A stretch of 64,000 nucleotides of DNA from Waterburya sp. (GCA_965217895.1 CBDCJV010000002.1:4864001-4928000); one strand, 5' to 3'. Shown: positions 30,991 through 41,450, counted from the first letter of the stretch. The notes: generated by a model not told the origin, from the letters alone. Numbers and translations are program-made.

Positions 30991-31551
30991 ATGACCGAAA
31001 AAGAAGAAAATCCAGTAGTTGAACTGTTAAAAACTTTAGTCTCTGCTGGTATCTTAGCGATTGGTATTCGCGCCTGTGTAGCTGAAGCTCGTTATATACC
31101 TTCCGAGTCGATGCTGCCAACACTGGCTGTAAATGACCGTTTGATTGTTGAAAAGATAAGCTACCATTTTCATAAACCAGAACGAGGAGATGTTGTGGTT
31201 TTTTCGCCTACAAAAGCTTTAAAAGAACAAAATTATAATCAGGCTTTTATTAAAAGGGTAATAGGTTTACCAGGAGATACTGTTGAAGTAAAGAACCATG
31301 AGGTATACGTTAATAATAAACAATTAACTGAAAAATACATTCTTGATGCTCCTAACTATACATTTGGTCCAGTTAAAGTTCCTCCAGGACAATACTTCGT
31401 TTTTGGAGACAATCGCAATAATAGTTATGATTCTCACTACTGGGGCTTTGTTCCCCGTGAAAATATAATTGGCAAAGCAAGTGTCCGTTTTTGGCCTCCT
31501 AAGCGGGCTGGATCTCTTTATCAAGAACCTCTCTATCCTGAATCTAAGTAG
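30991..31551 (+). CDS. lepB: Signal peptidase I
   Basis: IPSESMLPTL, FIKRVIGLPGD, GDNRNNSYDS. Confidence 0.95.
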   Translation: MTEKEENPVVELLKTLVSAGILAIGIRACVAEARYIPSESMLPTLAVNDRLIVEKISYHFHKPERGDVVVFSPTKALKEQNYNQAFIKRVIGLPGDTVEVKNHEVYVNNKQLTEKYILDAPNYTFGPVKVPPGQYFVFGDNRNNSYDSHYWGFVPRENIIGKASVRFWPPKRAGSLYQEPLYPESK

Positions 31552-31664
31552 ATTTAGTTCACCAGAAAAATAATTGCTCCTGTAGATAACAAATATGTTA
31601 GTCTCAGGAGTATTCTTCATAAGTATAAATTTTATAAATTTTGCTATAGGTTACTCAAGAATGA

Positions 31665-32663
31665 CTAGCGAAACATACTGCTAACAGAACTAGCCTCATG
31701 GATGCGCCATATCGCTTCTCCTAATAAATTAGCTACTGATAATACAGTCAATTGCTTGAACTTTTTATTATCTGCAATCGGAATTGTATTAGTAACAATG
31801 ACCTCCTTGAAAATTCCGCTAGATAATCTAGATATGGCTGGTTCAGAGAAAACAGCATGAGTAGCACAGGCGTAAATTTCTTTAGCACCTTCTTCCTTCA
31901 GTAATTTACCGCCTGCTGCTAAAGTACCAGCCGTATCAATCATGTCATCTACCAGAATCGCGGTTTTGCCCTTAACATCTCCAATCACGTTCATCACCTC
32001 AGCTACGTTATGAGCCTGACGACGCTTATCAATAATTGCTAAAGGAGCATCGTTGAGCTTTTTGGCAAATGCTCTGGCTCTGGCTACACCACCTACATCT
32101 GGTGAAACCACAACTATATCGTCTAAATTTTTGGTTGATAAATAATTTAAAATGGCAGGAGAACCGTATACATGATCAGTAGGAATATCAAAATAGCCTT
32201 GAATTTGCGCTGAATGCAGGTCCATAGCTAAAACTCTATTTGCTCCTGCCTCTGTCAGCAAATTGGCTACTAGTTTGGCTGTAATGGACTCCCTCCCAGC
32301 AGTTTTGCGATCTGCTCTGGCGTAACCATAATAGGGAATGACTGGGGTTATCTGACGTGCTGATGCTCGGCGACAGGCATCAATCATAATCATTAATTCC
32401 ATTAGGTTATCGTTTACAGGATTGCAGCAAGGCTGAAGCAAGTAAACATCTGCCCCTCGGATTGATTCTTGAATTTGGATATAAAGCTCTCCATCAGCAA
32501 ACCGCTTACGAATCATTGGACCAAGATCCATTCCTAGGTAGTGGGCAACCTCTCTTGCAAGAAAAACGTTAGCAGAACCAGAAAACAATCTAAGGCGATT
32601 GGAGTCTGAGAAAAAGGGAGTTTGCTCCATCGACTGAGGCATTAAGGTGGTACTATGGCTCAC
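31665..32663 (-). CDS. prs: Ribose-phosphate pyrophosphokinase
   Basis: FADGE, YGYARADRK, VSPDVGG, VDDMIDTAGT; GTG at 32663 is the likely start (ORF open to 32678). Confidence 0.96.
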   Translation of the reverse strand: MSHSTTLMPQSMEQTPFFSDSNRLRLFSGSANVFLAREVAHYLGMDLGPMIRKRFADGELYIQIQESIRGADVYLLQPCCNPVNDNLMELMIMIDACRRASARQITPVIPYYGYARADRKTAGRESITAKLVANLLTEAGANRVLAMDLHSAQIQGYFDIPTDHVYGSPAILNYLSTKNLDDIVVVSPDVGGVARARAFAKKLNDAPLAIIDKRRQAHNVAEVMNVIGDVKGKTAILVDDMIDTAGTLAAGGKLLKEEGAKEIYACATHAVFSEPAISRLSSGIFKEVIVTNTIPIADNKKFKQLTVLSVANLLGEAIWRIHEASSVSSMFR

Positions 32664-32976
32664 GGCAAATATATTCAACTTAATTCAGGGCAATCTTATC
32701 ATTGACTAGGCTATTGTTATGCACAATATTTTTGGTAGAGAAAACCTAAAATTCCTAGTTAATTACAAATATTTAAAGCAAAAATTTAGCTTTTGCTCAG
32801 GCTTTTGGATGATATTTGTTCATCTGTATACCAAATCTCTCTAACATATTATATTTTTTTCGGTACTTTTCAACATCAGTACATCTTACTATGGTAGATC
32901 TCATTAGCTATATCTATCGCATAATCTTGATATTGTAATAGAGCAAGTATAAAAAGCAACAATCACATAGCAGGTT

Positions 32977-33687
32977 ATGACAGCACTATTAATTACGGGG
33001 ACAGATACGGATGTGGGTAAAACATTTGTAACCGTTGCTTTAGCGGCTTATTGGCAACGATACCAATTGGATAAATATAAGAGTGAGAAAACCGTTTTGA
33101 GCATATTTAAATTAATGCAAACTGGTTTAGGGGATGCCGAATTATATAACCGTTTATTTGCTGAGTCTGAATTCACCGATATTGTCGTACCACTACGTTT
33201 TGATGCTCCTTTAGCACCACCCATCGCTGCTGCCCAAGAAGGCAAGATAATTGACTTGGGTAAAATCTGGCAGGAGTTGCAAGCTTCGCAACGAAAATCC
33301 AACTTAGTGTTATTGGAGTCTTTGGGTGGTTTAGGCTCTCCCGTAACCAATGAACTGACTGTAGGTAATATTGCTGCGGACTGGCGTTTACCCACGGTTC
33401 TAGTTGTACCCGTAAAGCTTGGTGCGATCGCCAATGCTGTGGCAAATGTAGCTTTGGCACGCAGTCTTAATATAGATTTTAAAGGAATTATTCTTAATTG
33501 TTCTCAAACCGAAGCGATGACAAGAATTAAGGATTTGACCCCAACTGATTTGATTCAGGCTTTAACCCAGGTGCCAATTGTAGGTACTTTGCCCCACATC
33601 AAAAATTTACATGATACACAAAAACTAGCCCAGATTGCTTCTAATTGGGATTTGGAATTAATCTTTCCGAAGACAAAATCTATCTAA
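32977..33687 (+). CDS. bioD: Dethiobiotin synthase
   Basis: ITGTDTDVGKT, PLAP, ESLGGLGSP, LGAI. Confidence 0.92.
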   Translation: MTALLITGTDTDVGKTFVTVALAAYWQRYQLDKYKSEKTVLSIFKLMQTGLGDAELYNRLFAESEFTDIVVPLRFDAPLAPPIAAAQEGKIIDLGKIWQELQASQRKSNLVLLESLGGLGSPVTNELTVGNIAADWRLPTVLVVPVKLGAIANAVANVALARSLNIDFKGIILNCSQTEAMTRIKDLTPTDLIQALTQVPIVGTLPHIKNLHDTQKLAQIASNWDLELIFPKTKSI

Positions 33688-33851
33688 CACTTTAATTCGT
33701 TCAATAACTCAGTTCACTGGCTAAAAATTCTGGTTAAAGTAGCCTCATCACAAGACAAAAAGGTGAATGTGCAAGTCCTATTTATTGATACTTTGGTATC
33801 TTTCAATACATTTTTGCGTGTCATTATTTTATTTTTGAAACATTATAGCTA

Positions 33852-34319
33852 CTAAAGAAATCTACTTAAATCAAATTCTTCACCACTAGATTCGGCACTA
33901 AATCTCTCCGCATTAAGAATTAAAACTAATCTTTCTGCATAATCTACCGCCCCACGTAATTCATAGCTCAGTTTCTCTAGACCGCCGTTGGCATATTCTT
34001 CAAATATAAGAACTCTTTGTGCTTCTATAGCTATATTCTCCGTCGAGAGAATTTTGATATCTTGAGTCTCGGTAACCGCAATAAGTTTAATCAGGCGATC
34101 GTAACCACGAGAGATAAATACTTCTAAACTGATTGGTGCAGGTTCACTTTGGGATATTTCCGTCAGCTTGACTCTTTTTTGATGTTTGACTCCTAAACTG
34201 GCTGCAAAAGCAACAATGTCTGCATAGGTTTGAAATGCTCCCGTTGTTCCTTTTGTATCTAATAGTTTTTGAACCAACTCAGCTTTGTCTTTTGCTATTT
34301 TTATTCTGGGTAAAGCCAT
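33852..34319 (-). CDS. DNA phosphorothioation (Dnd) system-associated protein 4-like
   Basis: RIKIAKDKAELV, FQTYAD..FAASLG, IFEEYANGGL motifs recalled for this family. Confidence 0.75.
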   Translation of the reverse strand: MALPRIKIAKDKAELVQKLLDTKGTTGAFQTYADIVAFAASLGVKHQKRVKLTEISQSEPAPISLEVFISRGYDRLIKLIAVTETQDIKILSTENIAIEAQRVLIFEEYANGGLEKLSYELRGAVDYAERLVLILNAERFSAESSGEEFDLSRFL

Positions 34320-34431
34320 GTTTTCTAAAAATAAAGGAATGAGGAGGCAAATTAAAAATGATTCTGAATAAGCTAAATTTTGCTATTGTGTTATTGGTGT
34401 CAAAATTAAAATAATGAAACAAAACTCTCAT

Positions 34432-34702
34432 TTATTTTAGTTTTCCAATACCTTTCATAACTTCAACTATCTTTAAATTTAAAGCGAGATTATTGTCTTC
34501 TCTGCAAAGAAAAGCTGCTTTTGTAAGATATTTAATGCTTCTTTTCGCATTTTCGTGATTTAGAGCAGCTATACCCTGAGCATAGTATCCATGTTCATCT
34601 ATTGATTTTATCTGGATTTAACTGAATAACTTCTGAAAAATCGGCGATCGCACCGATTAAATCTCCTAAATATTTACGAACAAATCCCCGATAATAGATA
34701 AA
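34432..34702 (-). pseudogene. Frameshifted C-terminal fragment of a TPR protein
   Basis: FIYYRGFVRKYLGDLIGAIADFSEVIQLNP, then a frame change to GYYAQGIAALN...; no 5' part; abuts the element at 34705. Confidence 0.6.
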
Positions 34703-34758
34703 GGTGTGTCACAATTAAATTAATGACACAATTGAGTATTTCATTTTAAGCAATTATC

Positions 34759-35031
34759 ATGCTGATTAACGGCAAAAAATACAGTTATCGCCAGTTAATT
34801 GAAGAGACTGGCCTATCTAGAAGCACTTTGCATCGACGTATTAAAACTCTTAAAGATTCAGGTGTTCCCTTAACAATGGGAGCTATTATACAGTTTCCTA
34901 CTACCTGGGCTTTTCACGATCGCCAAGGAAAATTTTATTCTTCTAAAACTGACTACGCAATTAAAAACAACATTCCCTACTATGAAATGTTTCAAAATTC
35001 TAATTCTGACACAAATAAAGATATAAATTAA
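34759..35031 (+). CDS. Small HTH DNA-binding protein
   Basis: SYRQLIEETGLSRSTLHRRI helix-turn-helix pattern. Confidence 0.65.
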   Translation: MLINGKKYSYRQLIEETGLSRSTLHRRIKTLKDSGVPLTMGAIIQFPTTWAFHDRQGKFYSSKTDYAIKNNIPYYEMFQNSNSDTNKDIN

Positions 35032-35037
35032 ACAAAA

Positions 35038-35640
35038 ATGTTTACAGACTTATTAAATTTATCAATTAATCAAGATAGCTCAACTCTACAAGATCAGGTC
35101 TTAAGCCTGTCAGGTATGACTTGGGAAGATTACGATCGCCTAACTCAAGAATCGAATAGCTATCGCCTATCTTATTCAGAGGGAATCATCACTATCGTGT
35201 CGCCATCTTATAATCACGAGGTTATCGAGCGAACAATATCTGGGTTAATTACTGCTTACTGTCGTAAGTATAGTTTGCCCTATTTTCCGATGGGTTCAAC
35301 TACGCTAAAAAATCCTCCTTTAACTGGCAAAGAACCCGATAGTTCTTATGCCTTCCGTACTCGTAAGCCTATCCCCGATCTGGCGATAGAAGTCGTTTAT
35401 AGCAGTGGTGGTACTGCCGATCTAGATAAATATAAGCTGCTAGGGGTTGGCGAAGTTTGGTTTTGGCAGAATGAAAATATTAAGTTCTACAGGTTAACTA
35501 GCACTGATTATCAAGAGATAGAAACAAGCGATCGCCTATCTAGATTAAGTTCTACTTTTTTAATTGATTTTATCAACCGAGGATTAAGCGAAAGCCCTCT
35601 AACTATTGAGGCAGATTTTGTTCAAGCTCTACCTGATTAA
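35038..35640 (+). CDS. Uma2 (DUF820) family PD-(D/E)xK nuclease-fold protein
   Basis: TWEDY, PS..HE, KEPDSSY, PDLAIEV, KY..LGVGEVWFW. Confidence 0.9.
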   Translation: MFTDLLNLSINQDSSTLQDQVLSLSGMTWEDYDRLTQESNSYRLSYSEGIITIVSPSYNHEVIERTISGLITAYCRKYSLPYFPMGSTTLKNPPLTGKEPDSSYAFRTRKPIPDLAIEVVYSSGGTADLDKYKLLGVGEVWFWQNENIKFYRLTSTDYQEIETSDRLSRLSSTFLIDFINRGLSESPLTIEADFVQALPD

Positions 35641-35646
35641 TCACAA

Positions 35647-36153
35647 TTAAATCTCTGCCATAACTCGCTTGATGTGCTGATAATTATCTAGTCCTTCGTC
35701 TATCTCAAAATCGTCTAAATTGAGAATTTCCAAGTTTAAAAATTCTGCTTGCTTGGCTTCTTCAATCTTTTTTCGTCTTCTGGCTATTTTTTTAGCCTCA
35801 ACTTCTGCCATCGGATCGAATTTTTCAATCAACCAAGTTGACTGTTTTTCTAGCTCGCCATTTTTATTGACAACATCTATTTTGCTGTAGCGAATAAATT
35901 TGTATCGTTCGTATTTATAGCCAGTTTTGAGGGGTTTGAAACCAATTAACTCTTTAATTTCTTTGTCAGTTAGTGTTTCTCTAGATTTGGCGTAAATTTC
36001 AAACTGGGCATAAGCCTGTATTCTTTCGTTAGAGGCGATCGCATCTAAGGCATTGCGTCTGATTATTTCCATATCCAGAATTGCTGGAAAATCAGTATCG
36101 TATTTGTCTTGGCAGCTTTTATTAGAGGTGCATTCAATCTGGTCTTGATTCAT
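35647..36153 (-). CDS. Hypothetical protein
   Basis: 168-aa ORF with ATG start; no recognisable motif. Confidence 0.6.
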   Translation of the reverse strand: MNQDQIECTSNKSCQDKYDTDFPAILDMEIIRRNALDAIASNERIQAYAQFEIYAKSRETLTDKEIKELIGFKPLKTGYKYERYKFIRYSKIDVVNKNGELEKQSTWLIEKFDPMAEVEAKKIARRRKKIEEAKQAEFLNLEILNLDDFEIDEGLDNYQHIKRVMAEI

Positions 36154-36279
36154 GAGACAATTATTATTTTTAGCTTATATGTATCAAATATTTAATTATG
36201 ACACCTAAAGGCGATCGCTGTTGTAAATTCTGTAGGATAAGTGTGTAGCAAAGATGTTTTTTAAATACCAAAAATCAGC

Positions 36280-37371
36280 ATGGCTAAACCTAAAAAGACT
36301 GAAGAAAGAGACGGTTGCGCTATTCTAATGCGTCGCACGTTTTTATTTTTTGTTAGTTTGGCGATCGCAAAATTGCTCAATGAATATTTTTCCGTAGCTG
36401 CTAATCGTACTAAATCTTGGAATTTTTTACAAAGCCTCAAGGGTAAATATATTAGCTGGAGAACGGGAAAACCAGAGCCAGAGATAATTAAACCACTGCC
36501 AAAACAAGATTCGGCAATTAATTCTCAACCTGATAGTAGCAAAAAAAAGAGCGCGGAAGACAATAAACCAAATTCATCATCATCTCAGACAGTAAAGCCT
36601 GGAAAACCGATTAAATTTGAGAAAAAGACTTTGTTTGGAGTATCGTTCTATCAAACAACCATCGATTTACAAGATCCTGAAACTTTCATTACTATTGGTT
36701 TAGCTAATAATGCGCTACAAGCTAACAGCAACAAAGTATCTTCAGGGGACGAACCGTTTACGGAAATGGTTAATCGTGCTAAAGCAGCAGTAGCAATTAA
36801 CGGAACATTTTTTAGCATTGACGAAGAAAAGCGAGTCTTGGGAAATATGATCGCTAGTGGAAAGTTCCTGAAATATAGTCCTTGGGAAAATTATGGTACA
36901 ACCCTGGGTATTAAAGCAGAAAATCAATTAGAAATGGTTACAGCCAGAGAATCAGGTCAACCAGATTGGTCAAAACATTGGTTCTCGCTTACCTGTGGCC
37001 CTAGATTGCTTAAAGACGGAAAAATTTGGCTAAAACCAGAGTTAGAGGGCTTTCGTGACCCTCATATATTTGATCGGGGAGGTAGAACCGCGATCGGTTA
37101 TTCTCAAACAGAAGATAAGATCTATCTGGTTACCTTTCTCTCAATTCTTTCTTTAGAAGATGAAGCTAAATTAATGAGAGGGATTGGTTGTTATCAGGCA
37201 ATGAATTTAGATGGTGGAGCATCACGTTCTTTAGCCTATCGCGATCGCATTATCGTTCCCGCAGGACGTTCTTTAACCAACATTATTTTAGTTTACGATA
37301 CACAAAACCCTGCTCCAGAATCCTTAAAAGAATCCTGGCATAAGTTTCAAGTGCGGTCTGAAGCAAGTTAA
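36280..37371 (+). CDS. Phosphodiester glycosidase (NAGPA-like) family protein
   Basis: AINGTFF, GPRLLKDG, RTAIG, AMNLDGGAS. Confidence 0.85.
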   Translation: MAKPKKTEERDGCAILMRRTFLFFVSLAIAKLLNEYFSVAANRTKSWNFLQSLKGKYISWRTGKPEPEIIKPLPKQDSAINSQPDSSKKKSAEDNKPNSSSSQTVKPGKPIKFEKKTLFGVSFYQTTIDLQDPETFITIGLANNALQANSNKVSSGDEPFTEMVNRAKAAVAINGTFFSIDEEKRVLGNMIASGKFLKYSPWENYGTTLGIKAENQLEMVTARESGQPDWSKHWFSLTCGPRLLKDGKIWLKPELEGFRDPHIFDRGGRTAIGYSQTEDKIYLVTFLSILSLEDEAKLMRGIGCYQAMNLDGGASRSLAYRDRIIVPAGRSLTNIILVYDTQNPAPESLKESWHKFQVRSEAS

Positions 37372-37381
37372 TGATGTCTAA

Positions 37382-37505
37382 GGCGTTGGTGATTTAAGTA
37401 ATGACTTACAATATATTACTGCTCGTAGCTATTAGCTTTTAAAAAGTTGTATGTTTTTGGTTGATAAGTAAAATATGGGTTTAGCATTACGCATTCACCA
37501 ACGCC
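37382..37505 (+). mobile_element. MITE family B copy
   Basis: GGCGTTGGTGA / TCACCAACGCC ends; flanks ATGTCTAA and ATGTTTAA (7/8 match). Confidence 0.78.
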
Positions 37506-37584
37506 ATGTTTAATTACCAGTTAATCAAATTTTGTGTGTCAAAAATCAATAAATGAAACATTTGATGATTTTTAAGATGTGTTT

Positions 37585-38124
37585 CTAAACTCGTTCAAGC
37601 GATCGATAGGGTTTGGCTGGAAGTTGAATACGAATATTATCCCCCGCACTTACTACTCCATCCGTTAGCACAATCCCCATAATCCCTGCTTTACGAATGA
37701 TATTGTGTATATCCTTGTCTAGCACGGCTGCCATTAAACCCGCTTTAAAGCCGTCTAGTTGAGCGCAGGGATTTCGTAACCCAGTTATCTGAATTACGGC
37801 TTTTTCACCAACATATAGCTTTGTATCAGTAGGTAAGCTTAATAAATCCATTCCCCTGGTAGTTATATTTTCTCCCATTTGGCCAGGAAGGATATCAAAA
37901 CCTTTTGTTTTTAGTTCATCATGTAATTCTGCGTGAATTAAATGCACCTGTCTTAAATTAGGCTGACTCGGATCTTTAGCTACTCTCGATCTATGTTTAA
38001 CCGTTTCTCCTGCATGAGAATCTCCCTCTATACCCAATCCTGCTATTAGTTTGATGCTTTCTCGGTTGGTTTTACTAAATGAATTGGTTGTACTAAGACT
38101 TACGACGATTACTCTTGCAGACAT
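37585..38124 (-). CDS. MOSC-domain protein
   Basis: GIEGDSHAG, RQVHLI, GENITT, TGLRNPCAQL. Confidence 0.88.
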   Translation of the reverse strand: MSARVIVVSLSTTNSFSKTNRESIKLIAGLGIEGDSHAGETVKHRSRVAKDPSQPNLRQVHLIHAELHDELKTKGFDILPGQMGENITTRGMDLLSLPTDTKLYVGEKAVIQITGLRNPCAQLDGFKAGLMAAVLDKDIHNIIRKAGIMGIVLTDGVVSAGDNIRIQLPAKPYRSLERV

Positions 38125-38234
38125 TAAAATATTTTCTCTTTTATAGATAATGTATCACTTCTTTATTTGTGACACATTTGAGTAACGTTGGTAATTTAAT
38201 GAAATCCCATTTTTTCGAGTCTTTTCTCGACCAA

Positions 38235-39686
38235 TCACAATATTTGAGACAGTTTCAAGATGCCTTGCTCTATTTGAGTTTCGTCTAGTTGGGCATAACC
38301 GAAGATAAATTCTCCTTGATGTTGAGGTTTTAAATAATATTCTCTAGCACTTATCAAGCCAATTCCAGCAGTAGCAGCCTTTTGAATAGCAATATCATCC
38401 GCTAAAACCGTTTCAATTTTTACCATCAGATGAATACCTGCATTTTCTCCCAAGATAGTTACTCTCTCTCCAAAATAGTCTTTAAGAGCCTTAATTAAAA
38501 CTTGGCGACGCAGATTGTAAAGATGTCGCATTCGCCGAATATGCCGTTCAAAATGTCCTGATGCAATCCAATCGGTAAGGGCATACTGTTCTAAAATTGG
38601 ACAAAAGCGATCGCATAACCACTTAGCTTTACTAATGATTGGTATCCATGCAGGAGTCACAACTAAATAGCCAATTCGTAGAGACGGAAAGAGAATTTTA
38701 GAGAAAGTACCAATATAAATTACCGACTGACTTCGATCCATTCCTTGCAAAGCGGGAATCGGTTGTTCTCCATAACGATACTCGCTGTCGTAATCGTCTT
38801 CAATAATTAGGGTGTTTGTTTTTTGCGCCCACTGAAGAAGTGCTATTCTTTGAGTTAACGACATAGTAACCCCTGTAGGAAATTGATGTGAAGGTGTGAC
38901 ATAAACCAGCTTGAATTTTTGACGATAATTACTAAGAAAAGATACGTCTAAACCTTCGCAGTTCACAGGTATAGGTTGTAAATTAGCCCTTTGTCCCATA
39001 AAACAATAGCGTGCGCCAAGATAACCAGGCTCTTCCATCGCTACCCAATCTCCTGGATCTAAGATTAGACGAGCAATCAAGTCTAATGCTTGCTGAGAAC
39101 CGTTAATAATAACTATTTGTTCTGGAGTACAGCGAACCGCACGGGAACGTCCTAAATAGTTAGCTATTTCTAACCTCAAAGGAAAATATCCCGCAGCATC
39201 AGCAGCATAATTAAGTAAAGTCGAATTTTCACAGTGGCGAGCCAAAAACTTCCGCCATTGTTGCATCGGAAAATACTTTACCGCAGGATTACCGTAGCGA
39301 AAGCTAATTTCATAATCTGGTTCTGAGACTTCTAAATGTTTGATAGAGGTTAAACTCAAGCCAAATTGGGACAAGGTACAAGCCTTAGATACTTTAGCTG
39401 TTACAGGTTCTATTGACTGCGATTTTAACCACTCATCGGGTATTTGCTGACAAATATAAGTACCACTACCACGACGAGTTTCTAAATATCCCTCGCTTTC
39501 TAACTGTTCGTAGCTTTGAACTACCGTAGAGCGAGAAATAGTTAAAGACTTTGCCAAACTTCGAGATGAAGGTAGTTTTTGGTTAGGCTTGAGTCTTCCC
39601 TCTAATACAGCATCACGAATTTTTTCTATTAGCTGCTGATACAGGGATGTTTTAGAAGCGCGATCTAGATGGATAGCTAAGTCCAT
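38235..39686 (-). CDS. MocR/PdxR-family PLP-dependent GntR regulator
   Basis: N-terminal wHTH (LPSSRSLA), then aminotransferase-like domain (TPSHQFPTG, EDDYDSE, GTFSK). Confidence 0.93.
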   Translation of the reverse strand: MDLAIHLDRASKTSLYQQLIEKIRDAVLEGRLKPNQKLPSSRSLAKSLTISRSTVVQSYEQLESEGYLETRRGSGTYICQQIPDEWLKSQSIEPVTAKVSKACTLSQFGLSLTSIKHLEVSEPDYEISFRYGNPAVKYFPMQQWRKFLARHCENSTLLNYAADAAGYFPLRLEIANYLGRSRAVRCTPEQIVIINGSQQALDLIARLILDPGDWVAMEEPGYLGARYCFMGQRANLQPIPVNCEGLDVSFLSNYRQKFKLVYVTPSHQFPTGVTMSLTQRIALLQWAQKTNTLIIEDDYDSEYRYGEQPIPALQGMDRSQSVIYIGTFSKILFPSLRIGYLVVTPAWIPIISKAKWLCDRFCPILEQYALTDWIASGHFERHIRRMRHLYNLRRQVLIKALKDYFGERVTILGENAGIHLMVKIETVLADDIAIQKAATAGIGLISAREYYLKPQHQGEFIFGYAQLDETQIEQGILKLSQIL

Positions 39687-39695
39687 AATTTTACC

Positions 39696-39743
39696 AAGTG
39701 GACTGATGTAAAAAACTTAAATTGGCTCTTGAATCATACCAAT
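39696..39743. promoter_or_regulatory. Candidate MocR operator repeats in the divergent promoter
   Basis: Two direct TGG-containing boxes (GTGGAC, TTGGCT) and one inverted (ACCAAT), the layout typical of MocR sites. Confidence 0.3.
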
Positions 39744-39788
39744 ATTCTTTTTATTCTGATCAGAGAAAAACAACTACAAAAATAACTA

Positions 39789-40454
39789 ATGTCTGATTCT
39801 GATAATCTTCAAGTAACTAAACGCAGTAAAATCAAACGCTTACCTAAACGAGGTAGTCAAGAGCGAGAACTGATCTACGATATTTTAGATGAAGCACTGA
39901 TAGCCCATGTGGGATTTATTACTGACAATCAGCCTTTTGTAATTCCGATGGCATACGGCAGAGAAGGCGATCGCCTATATCTTCATGGTTCTTCTGTTAG
40001 TCGCTTGCTTAAAACCTTAGAAAAAGGTGTTGATGTATGTTTCACCGTAACGTTACTAGATGGACTAGTAATTGCCCGCTCTTTGTTTCATCATTCAATG
40101 AATTACCGCTCTGTAGTCTTGTTTGGTAAAGCCAAGCTAGTTGAAAGCGAAACCGAGAAAATGACCGCTCTACGAGCTTTTACAGAACAAATGATCCCTA
40201 AACGCTGGTCAGATGCCCGTCTCCCTAATTCCCAAGAATTAAAAGCCACAACTGTTCTATCTTTTCTTATTGAAGAAGGTTCGGCAAAAGTTCGTACGGG
40301 TTCACCATCAGATGATGCAGAAGATTACGCATTGCCGATTTGGGCGGGAGAATTGCCCCTAAAAATAACACCAGGAGTTCTTATCCCAGATCCTAAGCTT
40401 ATAGAAGAAATTACACCGCCATCTAATTTGACCAATTACCGTCGAGGAAAATAA
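39789..40454 (+). CDS. Pyridoxamine 5'-phosphate oxidase-like (NimA-type) flavin-binding protein
   Basis: PFVIP, LYLHGS, LDGLV.ARS.FHHSMNYRS; divergent from the MocR gene. Confidence 0.88.
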   Translation: MSDSDNLQVTKRSKIKRLPKRGSQERELIYDILDEALIAHVGFITDNQPFVIPMAYGREGDRLYLHGSSVSRLLKTLEKGVDVCFTVTLLDGLVIARSLFHHSMNYRSVVLFGKAKLVESETEKMTALRAFTEQMIPKRWSDARLPNSQELKATTVLSFLIEEGSAKVRTGSPSDDAEDYALPIWAGELPLKITPGVLIPDPKLIEEITPPSNLTNYRRGK

Positions 40455-40562
40455 GAATTAAACTAAGTCTGACAGGTGGCGCATAGGCTTAGTTTTACCG
40501 CACTACCGATAACAGTAATTATCGGCACTGCCTTTTGAAAACATCTAAGGCGATCGCCATCC

Positions 40563-41404
40563 TTATGTAAGAGCTATTTGTGACTGACAGAACTGAATTT
40601 GCTGTTGCACAGTGCGAGCGCAGTTCTCAAATGCCTGAGCTTCCCGTTCACTAAGCTGAGTTTCGAGGCGACGATGAATGCCTTGGCGACCGATAACGCA
40701 GGGAACACTCAGGCAGCAGTTATAAACATTACAATAGCCATCGATTGAAACAGATACAGGTAGAGTATATCGTAAGTCTTCGACAATACTGCGGACAATC
40801 AGTTCTACTGCTAGAGATACCGTGTAATTGGTATAGCCTTTAGTTTGAAAAATCGTCCAAGCAGACTGCTTGGCATCCTCCACCATCTGTTGACGTAAAG
40901 GGTTAGCATCAATAAATTCACCGCCACACATGGCAGAACTGAGTGCAGCAAACTGCCCGTCTCCATGTTCTCCTAAAATATAAGCATTGATATCGGTGGG
41001 ATGGATACCTAATTGAGTTGCTAGAAGGTCGCGAAACCGTGCCGAATCGATTAAAGTGCCAGTTCCAATTACTTGTTGCCAATTAATTTGTTCGGAGTGT
41101 TGACTGGCAATTTGCCAAATCTGGTAGGTCAAGGCATCAACGGGGTTACTGAGATTGATCAAGATAGCTTTAGGGCTATGTTGGACGAGAAGAGGGATTA
41201 AAGACAGCATAATCTGAGTGTTGCTTAACAGGAGTTCATCACGACTTTTCATCTGCTTGGTCATGGGAACACTAACGGCAATAATAATAATAGAAGATTC
41301 GGCGGTATCTTCTATGTCTCCAGATCGAAAGCCAAGCCATCTTTGGCTAGTACGAAGCTGACGGTCGAACCCACTTTACCAATGCCAATAACAGAGATTT
41401 TCAT
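40563..41404 (-). pseudogene. Lactate/malate dehydrogenase pseudogene (internal deletion plus frameshift)
   Basis: MKISVIGIGKVGS...DGLAFDLET* in one frame; RSGDIED...SNPVD...DSARFR...GEHGD continues in another. Confidence 0.82.
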
Positions 41405-41450
41405 AAACTAAAGCCAGCTCGAACAATGGTTTTATTCTATCAACTCACGT

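Larger units (their letters stand above)
34705..36205. mobile_element. 1.5-kb non-autonomous element with 24-bp inverted ends and 6-bp flanking direct repeat
   Basis: 34706-34729 and 36181-36204 match at 19/24 positions as inverted repeats; TAAAGG at 34699-34704 and 36206-36211. Confidence 0.6.

Noticed and set aside
41320..41335. Programmed frameshift in the LDH/MDH gene
   Set aside because: No slippery site, and coding sequence is missing, so a deletion explains it better
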